A stretch of 64,000 nt of DNA, taken from positions 96,001 through 160,000 of the forward strand of contig CBDCWP010000010.1 of the NCBI GenBank assembly GCA_965223505.1, written 5' to 3'. Position 1 is the first letter of the stretch. Every line of letters starts with the position of its first letter. This stretch comes from Planctomycetota bacterium. Lineage in GTDB: Bacteria > Planctomycetota > PLA2 > JAEUHO01. Below the pieces are notes generated by a model. It was not told the origin of the DNA, searched no databases, and worked only from the letters and a program-made list of their open reading frames with translations. Positions 19,101 to 28,446 of the stretch are shown here, one piece after another. Both the position numbers and the translations under genes were made by a program.

Positions 19101-19950
19101 GGTCCACACGGTCGTCGGGCTCGCCGCCGACCCCGAACTGCTCGGGCGCTGCGTACTCGATGGAGCCGACGAAGTCGCCGCTGCGCGAAAGGCGGATCGC
19201 CTGGTCCTGGAGCAGGGCCACACCCAGGTCCATCACCTTGACGACGTGATCAGGCGTAATGAGCACGTTCTCGGGTTTGAGATCCCGGTGAATGACCCGC
19301 GCAGCGTGAACGGCCGAGAGCCCCTTGGCCACCTCGCGGCCGATGTGGCGACACAGCTCCTCGGGCACACACTGCAGCTCCTGTAGCAGGTCGCGTAGCG
19401 TGCCGCCTTCGACGTACTCCATGACGAGGAAGTTGCGGGATCGGCCTTCGACGCGGGCCGTGCCGGACGCGAACGAGCGAACGACGTTCTCGTGCCGCAC
19501 CTGCCGGCCGATCTCGGCCTCGCGCAGGAAGCGCTCGACGAGGCCCGACTCCGATAGGAGATGTGGATGGATGAGCTTCAAGGCCACCCGGCCGTCGGGT
19601 CCCTCGGCTTCGTAGACGGCGCCCATCGACCCCTCGCCCAGCAATCGCGTCGGGGTGTACGCGCCGAGACACGGCGGCAGGGGCACGTCCTCGGGTTCTT
19701 CCCGTGCAGCGATGTCCAGAACCCGGTTCACGAGGCTTCGTCCGGCCGCGATCCGCGTCTCGTCGAAGGGCCCGGCGGACGCGTCGTCCTCGGCGAGCAT
19801 CGCGCCGACCTCGCGGTACAGCTCGTCGTCGTCCCCGCATGCCGAACGGAGGGCGTCCTCGCGCTCCGCAGGCGGTCGCCGGCCGACGTCGCGGAGAAGA
19901 TCGAGCATGCGCCGCGTGCGCGCGGCCGAGGGGTCATCGGGAGGTTGCAT
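16156..19950 (-). CDS. Ser/Thr kinase + AAA/STAND-type ATPase + TPR protein
   Basis: LGEGSMGAVY, VALK, HRDLKPEN, DLG, YAAPEQ; Walker A GEAGVGKT; Walker B VLIDDLH; GNPFF; many C-terminal TPRs; no TM segment. Confidence 0.92.
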   Translation of the reverse strand: MQPPDDPSAARTRRMLDLLRDVGRRPPAEREDALRSACGDDDELYREVGAMLAEDDASAGPFDETRIAAGRSLVNRVLDIAAREEPEDVPLPPCLGAYTPTRLLGEGSMGAVYEAEGPDGRVALKLIHPHLLSESGLVERFLREAEIGRQVRHENVVRSFASGTARVEGRSRNFLVMEYVEGGTLRDLLQELQCVPEELCRHIGREVAKGLSAVHAARVIHRDLKPENVLITPDHVVKVMDLGVALLQDQAIRLSRSGDFVGSIEYAAPEQFGVGGEPDDRVDLYALGVLLYELATGRHPHRDKDFSKLLKNIVERTPRKAGEINPQLSAFFEEVVHTLLQRDREQRFDSASQVADVLDHGERSAWWRERATALRQETRRPLRRIRIARETAVYGRDDDLAKLQRLFDKADAGDGQVLLLEGEAGVGKTRLVDEFVRRLGPNVNFLFGSYPPGGAATASGAFSEAYREQFGAEGLEQSLADVLTATPVLVPAFAAVLRGEALPSEAQALTKDSLQTVFVHATHALAAERTTIVLIDDLHFAPEEGRALFSSLAMAAPGHRVLLVGTMRPGVSERWIAEIDRLDHATHAQVARLGPKDLAKLLEDVFRSERLAGELGHQIALKSDGNPFFAFEIIQGLREGRFIARQPDGSWATTRRIEEISVPSSVAGIVNARVAELADDERTLLDIASCLGFEFESGVVATVLGIARIVALQMLGRIEKRHRLVHAVGDHFVFDHHQVQETLYEGLSKPLREEYHAAIATALEDGGTPLDICEHHLRGVHAERALPHLDAALDELEAAFLNERAIALADRALDLLEGERRLEILLRKSSRLHLLGRRAEQEPVLAEARTLAADKRSLARVEQAEGDLLASTGRYEDALGFLERALACFREVGDGRGEVGATTGLGRALRALGRYDDAQAKFERSLALSRELGDRRGEAGALGSLGTVLHTRGHHEASLPYLEQELAISVEIGDRAGEVAATGDLGNSLYALGRYEEALAQFQRSLAIAREIGNRHGEAITMGGLGSLFQTLGRYGDALAQCERYLAIAREIGQKSSEAVALVNLGPLWLKLGQVARARAALQSCLELCLQIGARYAEGYALRALGDVAAQEGDPEAALAFANRGLAVRRETGHGDGVADSLIQLGELHLRAGAFDAAGRPLQEALQLLRAQNRLADVAHAAALLARLPDGDVDAARTAFEAAGAKADALHVLFPMWQVTGERSYLDAAKRLLDEHVEHVPEEYRASMIANVTLHREIMEAWDD

Positions 19951-20108
19951 GGTTGGGAGCGAGGGGGCCTCCGGGGGGCGTGAGCGTAGCGAAACCGCGG
20001 TTGCGACGCTCTACGTGACCGGTTCGCCGCCGTAACGGCAATGCCCCCCCGGCAGTGTGCGGAGCGCGGGCGCATTGGGGCCGTCCGGTTCGCAGGAAGG
20101 AGGACACC

Positions 20109-20522
20109 ATGGTCCAAAAGGCGATTTCGTGCGGTTTCCTCGTGCTCGTCGTGGCGCTTGCAGGATGCGGCGGCGGTGGGGACGACGATCTCCTCGGAGG
20201 TTCTTCGAGCGGCGGGCCGAACGTCTCGGTCACCGTGCAGAACGCCAGCTCGATCAACACCACCATCACGTTCATCACGGTCACGCGGGTCGTGAACGGC
20301 ATTCCAGTGCCCCCTCCGGAGGGGACCTTCTCGGGTGTCGGCGGACCGATGCGCCTCGGTGAGCAAGTGACCTTCGGCCTCGTCGGCGGCGTGTATCGGT
20401 TCTTCATCGAATGGGCCGTCAACGGCTCCGCGGCCGGCGCCGACTCCTTCGATCTGCTGTTCGTCGGCGGGCAATGGTTGGTGCAGGTCGAGCCCGGCAA
20501 CTCGAACGTCACAGTGATCTGA
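20109..20522 (+). CDS. Hypothetical lipoprotein
   Basis: AAGGAGG RBS; lipobox LAG-C; Gly linker; beta-rich domain. Confidence 0.8.
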   Translation: MVQKAISCGFLVLVVALAGCGGGGDDDLLGGSSSGGPNVSVTVQNASSINTTITFITVTRVVNGIPVPPPEGTFSGVGGPMRLGEQVTFGLVGGVYRFFIEWAVNGSAAGADSFDLLFVGGQWLVQVEPGNSNVTVI

Positions 20523-20585
20523 CGAGACGGCCGCAACGCACCGGCGCCGCGACAGCGCCGGGCGCATCCGGTACGCTCGTCGACC

Positions 20586-21755
20586 ATGCGTCCCATCGCC
20601 CGCGCCCTGGTCGTCCTCGCCCTGGTCGTCACGCCGATCGCGGCCGAAGAGGACCACGACACCCGCGTCGAGCTGACGCCTGGTACGTCGGGCTCGAAGC
20701 TCGCGCCCCGGTACTCGCCCAAGGGGTCCAAGGTCGCGCTCGAGCCGGTGACGACGGACGAGCGCGAAGGGCGGGACCACCGGCAGGGACACTTGCAGCT
20801 CGGGCCCGCGAACACGCGCGGTAGCGGCCATCCCCTGTTGCTTGCGCGAAGCGCGGCAGGCGATGCCTTCGATCTGCTCTGGGTCGACATGAACGGCGAC
20901 GGCGCGCTGGCCGACGACGAGCTCTTGCGCGGGACGCCGCGGCCGGCTCGCCGCTCCATGTACACGAGCTTCACCGCCGAGGTCCGCGTGAATCACGGAA
21001 CGACGGAAGCGCCGGCTTGGGAGCCGTACCCGATCTCCCTGTGGGTCGCCGTCGAGTCCAAGGCGACGATCCCGCCGTTCATTCGCTTCAGCCGCCGTGG
21101 GTTCCTGACCGGCCGGATTGCAATCGGCGACGCGCCGCACCACGTCGTGGTGTCGGACGCGAACAACGATGCGGTGTACGGCGAGGGCGACTGGTGGGCC
21201 TTGTTGCCGGCGGACGCGACGGCGCACGACATCTCGGTCGCGCGCAAGGTGGGGGACTTTGCCTGGTCCGGCACGCAAGCGTTCAAGCTCGAGCTCGAGG
21301 GGACGGCCGGTCGTCGCGGCCGGGTCGCGCCGTTCGATCCCGGAATCACGCCGGAAGAGGATGCCCGCGCGCGCGATCCGTACTGGGACGACAAGCGCGC
21401 GGAGCGCGCCGAACATCCGCTCGTCTTCACCCACGACGCCGATGCGGCCATTGAGGACGCACGCGAACGAGGGGTGTCGTACTTCCTCGATTTCGAGACG
21501 GTTTGGTGCGGTCCCTGCAAGAGCATGGATCGCTGGGTGTACACCGCCAAGAGCGTCGTCGCGGCCGCCGAAGGCATCGTCTGCATCAAGGTCGACGGCG
21601 ACGAACGCAAGGACCTGAAGGAGCGCTACAAGGTGACCAGCTTCCCGACCGGCGTCCTCTTCGGCGCCGACGGCGGTGAGATCGCGCGTTTCAACGGATA
21701 CCGGACGGCGAAGGAGATGACGGCGTTCTTCGGCAAGGCTCGAGCGAGGAAGTAG
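20586..21755 (+). CDS. Secreted protein with C-terminal thioredoxin domain
   Basis: Signal peptide; DMNGDG Ca-loop-like motif; WCGPC; SFPT cis-Pro motif. Confidence 0.85.
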   Translation: MRPIARALVVLALVVTPIAAEEDHDTRVELTPGTSGSKLAPRYSPKGSKVALEPVTTDEREGRDHRQGHLQLGPANTRGSGHPLLLARSAAGDAFDLLWVDMNGDGALADDELLRGTPRPARRSMYTSFTAEVRVNHGTTEAPAWEPYPISLWVAVESKATIPPFIRFSRRGFLTGRIAIGDAPHHVVVSDANNDAVYGEGDWWALLPADATAHDISVARKVGDFAWSGTQAFKLELEGTAGRRGRVAPFDPGITPEEDARARDPYWDDKRAERAEHPLVFTHDADAAIEDARERGVSYFLDFETVWCGPCKSMDRWVYTAKSVVAAAEGIVCIKVDGDERKDLKERYKVTSFPTGVLFGADGGEIARFNGYRTAKEMTAFFGKARARK

Positions 21756-21798
21756 CGAGGTTGTGATCCGCGCCGCGCCGAGGTGAAATGCGCACGGC

Positions 21799-22293
21799 AT
21801 GACGGTCTTCTCACCCAACAAGACGAGCGCGAAACTCCTGGTGGACTACGCATCCGAGCGGTGGGGCGGCGGCGACGCGACGCCGGAGTCCCACCGGCGC
21901 TATCTCATGATCTACGATCTCTACATCAAGGCCCGTAGCTACTCGATCATCAACAAGGTCACGTTCTGGTTCGCGATCGGGGCGGGCATCATGGTGCTTC
22001 TCTGGCCGTCGCTCGCGATCGTCACGAAGGACTTCGGGTTCGAAAAGGAATTCCTCAAGTCGGCCATCGTACAGACCACCATCACGGGACTCGCGCTGCT
22101 GACGTTCGCCGTCTACAGCCACTACAAGAAGCGCCAGATGTTCGTCGAGAACCTCATGCGCACCGTGGTGTATTCGGACGAGGACGTCGGGGATCTGCTC
22201 GAGCGCGTCGTCGGCGAGATTGCACGGATCGACAGCGGGTTCGGGTTCTCGAAGGCAATCCGCAAGGACGGAGACCGCGACGCGGAGCGCTAG
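21799..22293 (+). CDS. Hypothetical two-TM protein
   Basis: Strong codon bias; two hydrophobic helices with a helical C-terminal tail. Confidence 0.7.
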   Translation: MTVFSPNKTSAKLLVDYASERWGGGDATPESHRRYLMIYDLYIKARSYSIINKVTFWFAIGAGIMVLLWPSLAIVTKDFGFEKEFLKSAIVQTTITGLALLTFAVYSHYKKRQMFVENLMRTVVYSDEDVGDLLERVVGEIARIDSGFGFSKAIRKDGDRDAER

Positions 22294-22375
22294 ACGCGGA
22301 TCGGGATCGCGTGACCGCAGCGTTCTTCGTAGACTTCCGTCGCGTTCGAATCGTCGGGCGACGGAGGACAGCAAG

Positions 22376-22822
22376 ATGCGGAACGGTACGGTGGCAATCA
22401 TCTTGGCGCTCGTGTTCACGGTCGCGGGGTGCGGCGACGACGGCGGCAACGGCGGTGACGACCAGACCAGCCCGGTCGTCGGCACGTGGGTCGTCGACGC
22501 CGAGAAGTACGCCGACGTCATGATGGAGCTCATGAAAGACGCGCCGCCCGAGACGCGCGATCGCGAGAAGCTCAAGGAGGCCGCGAAGATCGAGGTCCAC
22601 GTGAAAGCGGATGGAACCTGGAATGCGGACGGCTCGATGGGGGCGAAGCAGATCAACGAGAGCGGGACGTGGAAGCTCGACGGAGATCAGCTCACGATCG
22701 ACTGGACGATGAAGGACGGCAAAGAGGCGGACTGGACCCAGACCGTGAAATTCGACGGCACCAGCTTCGTGGTCAAGCCTGACAAGGCGATGCCCTTCGA
22801 AGTGACCATGGTCCGGAAGTAG
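22376..22822 (+). CDS. Lipoprotein, lipocalin-like beta barrel
   Basis: GGAGG RBS; VAG-C lipobox; VVGTWVV and ESGTWKLDGDQLTI. Confidence 0.8.
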   Translation: MRNGTVAIILALVFTVAGCGDDGGNGGDDQTSPVVGTWVVDAEKYADVMMELMKDAPPETRDREKLKEAAKIEVHVKADGTWNADGSMGAKQINESGTWKLDGDQLTIDWTMKDGKEADWTQTVKFDGTSFVVKPDKAMPFEVTMVRK

Positions 22823-22869
22823 CTTCGAGCGCAGGGGCGCGCGAAATCCGGGCGCCCCGGCGTCCGTTC

Positions 22870-23316
22870 GTGAATTTTTTCGACCGCGGCGCTCAAGAGT
22901 CCACGCCCACCCTCCGACCTCTTATCGATGTGGGAGGTTCGCGCTCAGTATTCGGAGGCATCGCGCAGCTCATGCTGCTGCTGCCGTTCATCTGGCTGGT
23001 CGTCGTCATCGTCGCCCAGCTGCCCGGCGGTGCGCCCTCACGCCAGAGCCTGATCGGCAAGTGGGTTTCGCCGGCGGAAGCACCGGATGTGGTGCAGCCG
23101 CTCGTGCTGGAGCTGGACGCCGAAGGCAACTTCGAGCTGAGGCTGACCGGCGACGACGCCGTCGCGCTCACCACCCGTGTGAAGGGGCGCTACGAGATCC
23201 GCATGGGACGGCTCGTGATGGTGCTGCCCGGCCACAAGATGGTCTGGTCGATCGGCGATCGGGAGCTTCGTCATACGACGAAGCAGGGCTTCTCGTACCG
23301 GCTTCAGCGGTCCTGA
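22870..23316 (+). CDS. Membrane-anchored hypothetical protein (lipocalin-like), start uncertain
   Basis: N-terminal hydrophobic helix, LIGKWVS..LELDAEGNF..KGRYEI. Confidence 0.55.
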   Translation: MNFFDRGAQESTPTLRPLIDVGGSRSVFGGIAQLMLLLPFIWLVVVIVAQLPGGAPSRQSLIGKWVSPAEAPDVVQPLVLELDAEGNFELRLTGDDAVALTTRVKGRYEIRMGRLVMVLPGHKMVWSIGDRELRHTTKQGFSYRLQRS

Positions 23317-23397
23317 CCGCGGATGGCGCGACTCCGAGCGGCTTCCGCCCGCTCGCTGCGTGAAGATGGTCCGCGTCGCCGAATACGGAGACCACGC

Positions 23398-23793
23398 ATG
23401 GATCCGCACCGTCTAGCACGGGTTGCCGTCGGCGTCCTCGTGCTCGTCCTCTGCGGCTGTGGCGACGACGCCACCGGAAACGGAGACGCGGTTCCGCCCA
23501 CGAGAGCCTCGACGCCGACCGAAGCGATCAACGGGATGCTCACACTGGCGGAGCGAGGTAGGTGGGAGGCGTACGTCTCCACGTACTACGTCGAGCGGCA
23601 CAAGATGGACAAGCCCGCCGAGCAGACGAAGAAGATCGCTGACAATCTCGCGAAGTTGGGCGAGCTGCTCATCGAGAAGCTGCGTGGCTGCTTGGGCCAG
23701 TCGCCCACGATGAGCGAGGACGGCACCAAGGCGACGTATCCGAACGGCCTGACCTTGCACGAGAAGGACGGTCAGTGGGGGTTTCACCTCTAG
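23398..23793 (+). CDS. Hypothetical lipoprotein
   Basis: GGAG RBS; LCG-C lipobox; C-terminal EKDGQWGF. Confidence 0.75.
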   Translation: MDPHRLARVAVGVLVLVLCGCGDDATGNGDAVPPTRASTPTEAINGMLTLAERGRWEAYVSTYYVERHKMDKPAEQTKKIADNLAKLGELLIEKLRGCLGQSPTMSEDGTKATYPNGLTLHEKDGQWGFHL

Positions 23794-23820
23794 CGGACAC
23801 TCGTTCCTCGCCCGCCGAAT

Positions 23821-25716
23821 CTAGGGCAGCAAGGCCGCCAGCGCCGTTTCGTCGTCGGCGTCCAGGTCGCCGTCGAAGTCGAGGTCGCCGATCGACGACG
23901 CGTCGACCGTGGGAAACTGCACCATGAAGGCGGCGAGGTCGTTGATCGCGAGCGTCAGCGCGACCTGATCCGCCGCGGACAACGTCGCGTCGCCGTCGAG
24001 ATCCCCGACCAGTCCCTCGCCCTCGATGACCGTCAGGGTGCGGTTGACCGGGAGATTCGTGAACGTCTGCTCGGCGCTGCGTTGGAACTGGACGCGCAGC
24101 TCGGGCACCGCCGCCGCGTTCTCACCCAAGCCGAAGTGACAGACCAGCTCGTTGTGGCCGAGGTAGTTGCAGCCGCCGTCGACCTCCCGCACCAACTGTA
24201 GAGCCGGATTCAGCGCGTCGGGCATGACCGTGACCCACGCGCCGAGACCGTCGCGGTTCGAGAGCGTGCCGATCGTGCGCACGCGCAACCAATCCCAGGC
24301 GTTGCCGCCGTCGTTGCGGAACAACAACGGGCTGCCGCCGTTGTTCACGACGAAGATGTCGAGGTCGCCGTCGCAGTCGTAGTCGAAGACCAAGAGACCC
24401 TTGCCCATCTGCGTGTCGTTGACGCCGTATGCGTCGCTGCGGTCGAAGAACCGGCCGTTCTCGTTCATCCACAGCTTCATGGGGTCGGCGCCCCAGAGCT
24501 GGGCCAGGGGGTTTGCGCCCGTCGTGAACGGCACACCGTTCGTCATGACGAGATCGGGATCGCGATCGTTGTCCATGTCGAAGAACGTCGCGCCCCAGCC
24601 CCAGTGACCGTTCCGCACGCCGGCTGCGTCCGTCTGGTCCGAGAAGACCCGCCCGCCTTCGTTGCGGTAGAGGCGGTTGCCGCTGTTCAGCCAGGCGCAG
24701 AAGTCGTCGGGGCAGTGTCCGACCGGATCGAAGATCGACGTGACGAACCAGTCGAGGTCGCCGTCGAGGTCGTAGTCCATGACCGTCGAGCCCATGCCGT
24801 TCTCGTCGGTCGCGACGCCGGCCGCGACCGTCCCGTCGGTGAACGTGCCGTCTCCGTTGCTCCAGAACAGCTTGCTCGTCTGGAAGTCGGCCGCGATGAT
24901 CAGGTCGAGGTTGCCGTCCCGGTCCAGGTCCGTGAACCGGGGCGCAAAGCCCCAGGCGCCCGTGCCGGGCGCGACCCCGGCCGCCGTGATGTGCTGGCTC
25001 TGGCTCGTGTCGACGCCCGCGAACGTCGTGCGGTCTTCGAAGTGGCCCGGATTCGCCATCCCCAGGTTGCGGAGCAGGCGCGCGTGCGACATGGCGGGCG
25101 GCATGTCGTCGTAGTTGTTGCCCCATTCGACGACGAAGATGTCGAGGTAGCCGTCCTCGTCGTAGTCGCCCATCGTCACGCCGTAGCAGCCGTGCCGCTC
25201 CGCGCTCGAGATGTCCGCCCCGCGCACGACGGCCTCTTCGGTGAAGAACCCGGAGCCGTCGTTGATGAACAGGTGGTTGCGCAGGCCCGTCACCGAGCTG
25301 ACGTAGAAGTCGAGGTCGCCGTCGTTCTCGATGTCACCCCAGCAGACGCCGTTGCCGCCGAGCTCGGGCAGGGGCACGTTGAGTCCCGCCGCCGCGGATA
25401 CGTCGGTGAAGGTCCCGTCGCCGTTGTTGTGGTACAGGATCGGTGAATCGTCGGTCCGCGTGACGAGCAGGTCCGGATACCCGTCGCGGTCGTAATCGGC
25501 CGCCGCCGCACCGCCCGACATGAGGCCGCGTTCGTCGGCCATCTGGGTGTCGATCACCTGGTAGGCGATGCCCGCGAACGCCGCGACCTCCGTGAAGGCG
25601 ATCACGTTGACCGGCCCGACGGGCCCGCTGGGCGCCTGCGGCCCGGATCCGCCGCCGCAGGCGGTTCCCGCCACCAGGCAGGCCGCGATGCCGATGCGGC
25701 TCCACACGTCGTGCAT
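23821..25716 (-). CDS. CRTAC1-family lipoprotein (FG-GAP repeats + ASPIC/UnbV) with dockerin-like tail
   Basis: GGAGG RBS; GTA-C lipobox; repeated DYDxDGxxD; NRDGLGAWV..HFGLG; terminal GDLDGD..GDLDFDGDLDADD. Confidence 0.9.
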   Translation of the reverse strand: MHDVWSRIGIAACLVAGTACGGGSGPQAPSGPVGPVNVIAFTEVAAFAGIAYQVIDTQMADERGLMSGGAAAADYDRDGYPDLLVTRTDDSPILYHNNGDGTFTDVSAAAGLNVPLPELGGNGVCWGDIENDGDLDFYVSSVTGLRNHLFINDGSGFFTEEAVVRGADISSAERHGCYGVTMGDYDEDGYLDIFVVEWGNNYDDMPPAMSHARLLRNLGMANPGHFEDRTTFAGVDTSQSQHITAAGVAPGTGAWGFAPRFTDLDRDGNLDLIIAADFQTSKLFWSNGDGTFTDGTVAAGVATDENGMGSTVMDYDLDGDLDWFVTSIFDPVGHCPDDFCAWLNSGNRLYRNEGGRVFSDQTDAAGVRNGHWGWGATFFDMDNDRDPDLVMTNGVPFTTGANPLAQLWGADPMKLWMNENGRFFDRSDAYGVNDTQMGKGLLVFDYDCDGDLDIFVVNNGGSPLLFRNDGGNAWDWLRVRTIGTLSNRDGLGAWVTVMPDALNPALQLVREVDGGCNYLGHNELVCHFGLGENAAAVPELRVQFQRSAEQTFTNLPVNRTLTVIEGEGLVGDLDGDATLSAADQVALTLAINDLAAFMVQFPTVDASSIGDLDFDGDLDADDETALAALLP

Positions 25717-25941
25717 TGGTTCCTCCAGGCCCCCGGCACATCGTACCCGCTGTGATCCGCCGCGAGACACGATCGCGCGGGCCCTGTCCAACCTCCGAAC
25801 ACGCCGTCAGGGCGGATTGGACGCACCCCCAGGCGCGGGTAGGCTTTCCGCCAACGAGGCGCGGCAAACCGTCGCTGCGCCGTTTCCTTCTTGCTCCGAG
25901 GCCCACACCTCTTTGCAGGGCCTTGTCGAGCGTGAGTTCCC

Positions 25942-27234
25942 ATGACCAACCAAGCCAAAGGTGCAACGCTGCATCCAATCTGCGACGACGACGTCGTCCC
26001 CTCCTCGAGCCCGGTGTTCGCCGACCTCGATCTCTCTCCGTCCCTCCAGAGCGCGCTGCGTGATCGCGGGTACGCAGCGCCGACGCCGATTCAGGCGCAG
26101 GCCATTCCCCATCTCCTCGAAGGCCGTGACCTGCTCGGTGTCGCGCAGACCGGTACCGGCAAGACCGCGGCCTTCGCGCTGCCGATCATCGACAACCTCC
26201 GGAAGCGGCGCGCCCGGTACGAGACCTGCCGACCGAAGGTCCTGGTCCTCACCCCGACGCGCGAGCTTGCCTCGCAGATCAACGACAGCTTCAAGGCGTA
26301 CGCCAAGGGGTCGCCGCTCCGAAGCACCGTGGTGTTCGGCGGCGTCGGGAAGATGCCGCAGATTCGCGCCATGCGCAGCGGCGTCCACGTCCTAGTCGCC
26401 ACGCCCGGCCGTCTGTTGGATCTGATGGGGCAGCGCGTCGTCGACCTCTCGCACGTGCAGGTCTTCGTTCTCGACGAGGCCGATCGCATGCTCGACATGG
26501 GGTTCCTGCGCGACGTGCGGCGCATCGTCGATGCGCTGCCGAGGAAGCGCCAGTCCCTCCTGTTCAGCGCCACCATGCCGAACGACATCGTTCATCTGGC
26601 GCAAAAGCTCCTTCGCAACCCGGTACGGGTCGAGATCACGCCCCCGAGCTCGACGGTCGAGCGCATCGAGCAACGTGTTTGCCACGTCGAGAAGCACGAG
26701 AAGCGCATGTTGTTGACCCGGATCTTGCGGGCCCCGGACATCAAACGCGCGCTCGTCTTCACGCGCACGAAGCACGGCGCCGACCGCGTCGTGCGCCACC
26801 TGGCGTCCCGCGGCATCGACGCGGCGGCGCTTCACGGCAACAAGTCGCAGGGTGCTCGCGAGCGCGCGCTCGAGGCGTTTCGTGCCGGCCGCGTGCGCGC
26901 GTTGGTCGCGACGGACATCGCCGCGCGCGGCTTGGACGTGCCGGGCATCACACACGTGATCAACTTCGATCTTCCGAACCTGCCGGAGGCGTACGTGCAC
27001 CGCATCGGCCGCACCGCGCGCGCAGGACGCGACGGCATCGCGATCTCGTTCTGCGATCGAACCGAGAGGGCGTATCTCGCCGCCATCGAGCGTGAGATCC
27101 GCCTGCGGCTCGACGTCGTGGGGGAGGCGCCGCGCGACGCGGGTCTGCCGCCGCCGCCGCGTGATCGCTCACCGCGTGGACCACGCTCGGGCGGCCGCCG
27201 GCGCACCCATCGCCGCGGGCGTTCGCGCCGGTAG
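25942..27234 (+). CDS. rhlE: DEAD-box RNA helicase (RhlE-like)
   Basis: PTPIQ, AQTGTGKT, PTRELA, TPGRL, DEAD, SAT, ARGLD, HRIGRTAR; basic tail. Gene symbol is tentative. Confidence 0.9.
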   Translation: MTNQAKGATLHPICDDDVVPSSSPVFADLDLSPSLQSALRDRGYAAPTPIQAQAIPHLLEGRDLLGVAQTGTGKTAAFALPIIDNLRKRRARYETCRPKVLVLTPTRELASQINDSFKAYAKGSPLRSTVVFGGVGKMPQIRAMRSGVHVLVATPGRLLDLMGQRVVDLSHVQVFVLDEADRMLDMGFLRDVRRIVDALPRKRQSLLFSATMPNDIVHLAQKLLRNPVRVEITPPSSTVERIEQRVCHVEKHEKRMLLTRILRAPDIKRALVFTRTKHGADRVVRHLASRGIDAAALHGNKSQGARERALEAFRAGRVRALVATDIAARGLDVPGITHVINFDLPNLPEAYVHRIGRTARAGRDGIAISFCDRTERAYLAAIEREIRLRLDVVGEAPRDAGLPPPPRDRSPRGPRSGGRRRTHRRGRSRR

Positions 27235-27267
27235 CGACGAGTCCGGCGCGCTCGCGGGCACCCGAAC

Positions 27268-27435
27268 CTAGCCGAAGACGAAGTAGGCGATGGTGCCGGC
27301 CAGGATCAGGCAGAAGACGACGGCGCCGAAGGCGTCGGCGGCCTTCTCCTTGCGCTCCAGATCCTCGACCCATCGCTGGCCGCTGGTCTTGTATCCGGAA
27401 AGGTACAGGTTCAGACGTCGTTCGTACTCGTCCAT
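27268..27435 (-). CDS. Small protein with C-terminal TM helix
   Basis: GGAG RBS; MDEYERRLNLYL..AFGAVVFCLILAGTIAYFVFG. Confidence 0.6.
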   Translation of the reverse strand: MDEYERRLNLYLSGYKTSGQRWVEDLERKEKAADAFGAVVFCLILAGTIAYFVFG

Positions 27436-27473
27436 GGTGATCTCCGATTCGTGATTGCGAGACGTGCGACGTC

Positions 27474-28001
27474 TCAGACATCGATTCCCAGACGCGCGCT
27501 TTGCGCCACGAGGCGGAAGGTGCGCGTCGATCTGCGGTGCTGCTTGCGGTCCACCTTGAAGCTGAGGTGGAAGAACTGGCGTGCACGCCGAAGCGTGTAG
27601 GTCTCCTGCACGCACGGAATGCCGTCGACCATCCTGCATTCCATGTGGCGGCTTTCTTCGGCGGGCGTGAGGTTCCAGCCGTTCGCGACGATGTCGCGCG
27701 CGCCTCGGTCCCTGGGCGCGCGCAACGAGATGGAGCGTCGACCCCGCAACTTGAACCTCGGGTACGATCGCCGTAGGGACTCGGCGAGCATCTCTTGGTA
27801 GCGCTTCAGCGACCCGCGTTCGCCGTCCTCGCGATAGGAGCCCACCTCGAAGAGCGTTCGCCGGTCGGCCGACTCCGCCGCGAAGCACATCGTGCTGCCG
27901 CGCGGCGTCACCTCGTGCCAGGTGTCCGGGTAGCGCACGTAGAAGAGCTCGCCGGGGTGCACGTGCGTGTTCCAGGTGGGGGGGATCTTCGTTGCGAACA
28001 T
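27474..28001 (-). CDS. Hypothetical protein (possibly PsbP-like fold)
   Basis: FYVRYPDTW N-terminal motif; C-terminal FRLVAQSARL. Confidence 0.55.
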   Translation of the reverse strand: MFATKIPPTWNTHVHPGELFYVRYPDTWHEVTPRGSTMCFAAESADRRTLFEVGSYREDGERGSLKRYQEMLAESLRRSYPRFKLRGRRSISLRAPRDRGARDIVANGWNLTPAEESRHMECRMVDGIPCVQETYTLRRARQFFHLSFKVDRKQHRRSTRTFRLVAQSARLGIDV

Positions 28002-28035
28002 GGCTCTCGACTCCGATTCGGTGTTGCGTTCGGAG

Positions 28036-28371
28036 CTACTGGAGTGTGATGCGGAACTTGGGCGTGTTCTTCACGTTCCAGGTGGCAGCGTCCCAGACCA
28101 GCACCTCTTTGCCGTTCTTGTAGGCCTTGCCGTAGGTGCGGATGGTGCCGTCGTGGGCGGCCGTCCAGTCTTCGTAGCTGTTCGGGTCGATCCAGCCGGA
28201 CTCGGCGCCGTACGCGTCGACGACCGTGTAGTAGACGCTGTAGCTCGTCGGGTTGACGATGCGGACGAGCGACTTCTCGCGCTTGGCGGCGTCGGCCGAC
28301 GAGGTCGGAATGGCCAGCGTCGCGATGACGAGACCGAGAATCAGGGTGAAGGCGATCGAGCGGTTGCGCAT
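28036..28371 (-). CDS. Small secreted hypothetical protein
   Basis: AAAGGAA RBS; signal peptide ending SADA; strong codon bias. Confidence 0.8.
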   Translation of the reverse strand: MRNRSIAFTLILGLVIATLAIPTSSADAAKREKSLVRIVNPTSYSVYYTVVDAYGAESGWIDPNSYEDWTAAHDGTIRTYGKAYKNGKEVLVWDAATWNVKNTPKFRITLQ

Positions 28372-28446
28372 GGGAGTTCCTTTCGTTGGGGTCCCCATGC
28401 CGAACCCAAGACACCCGCGAAGCGGACACCGAAAATCGGGATTCCC

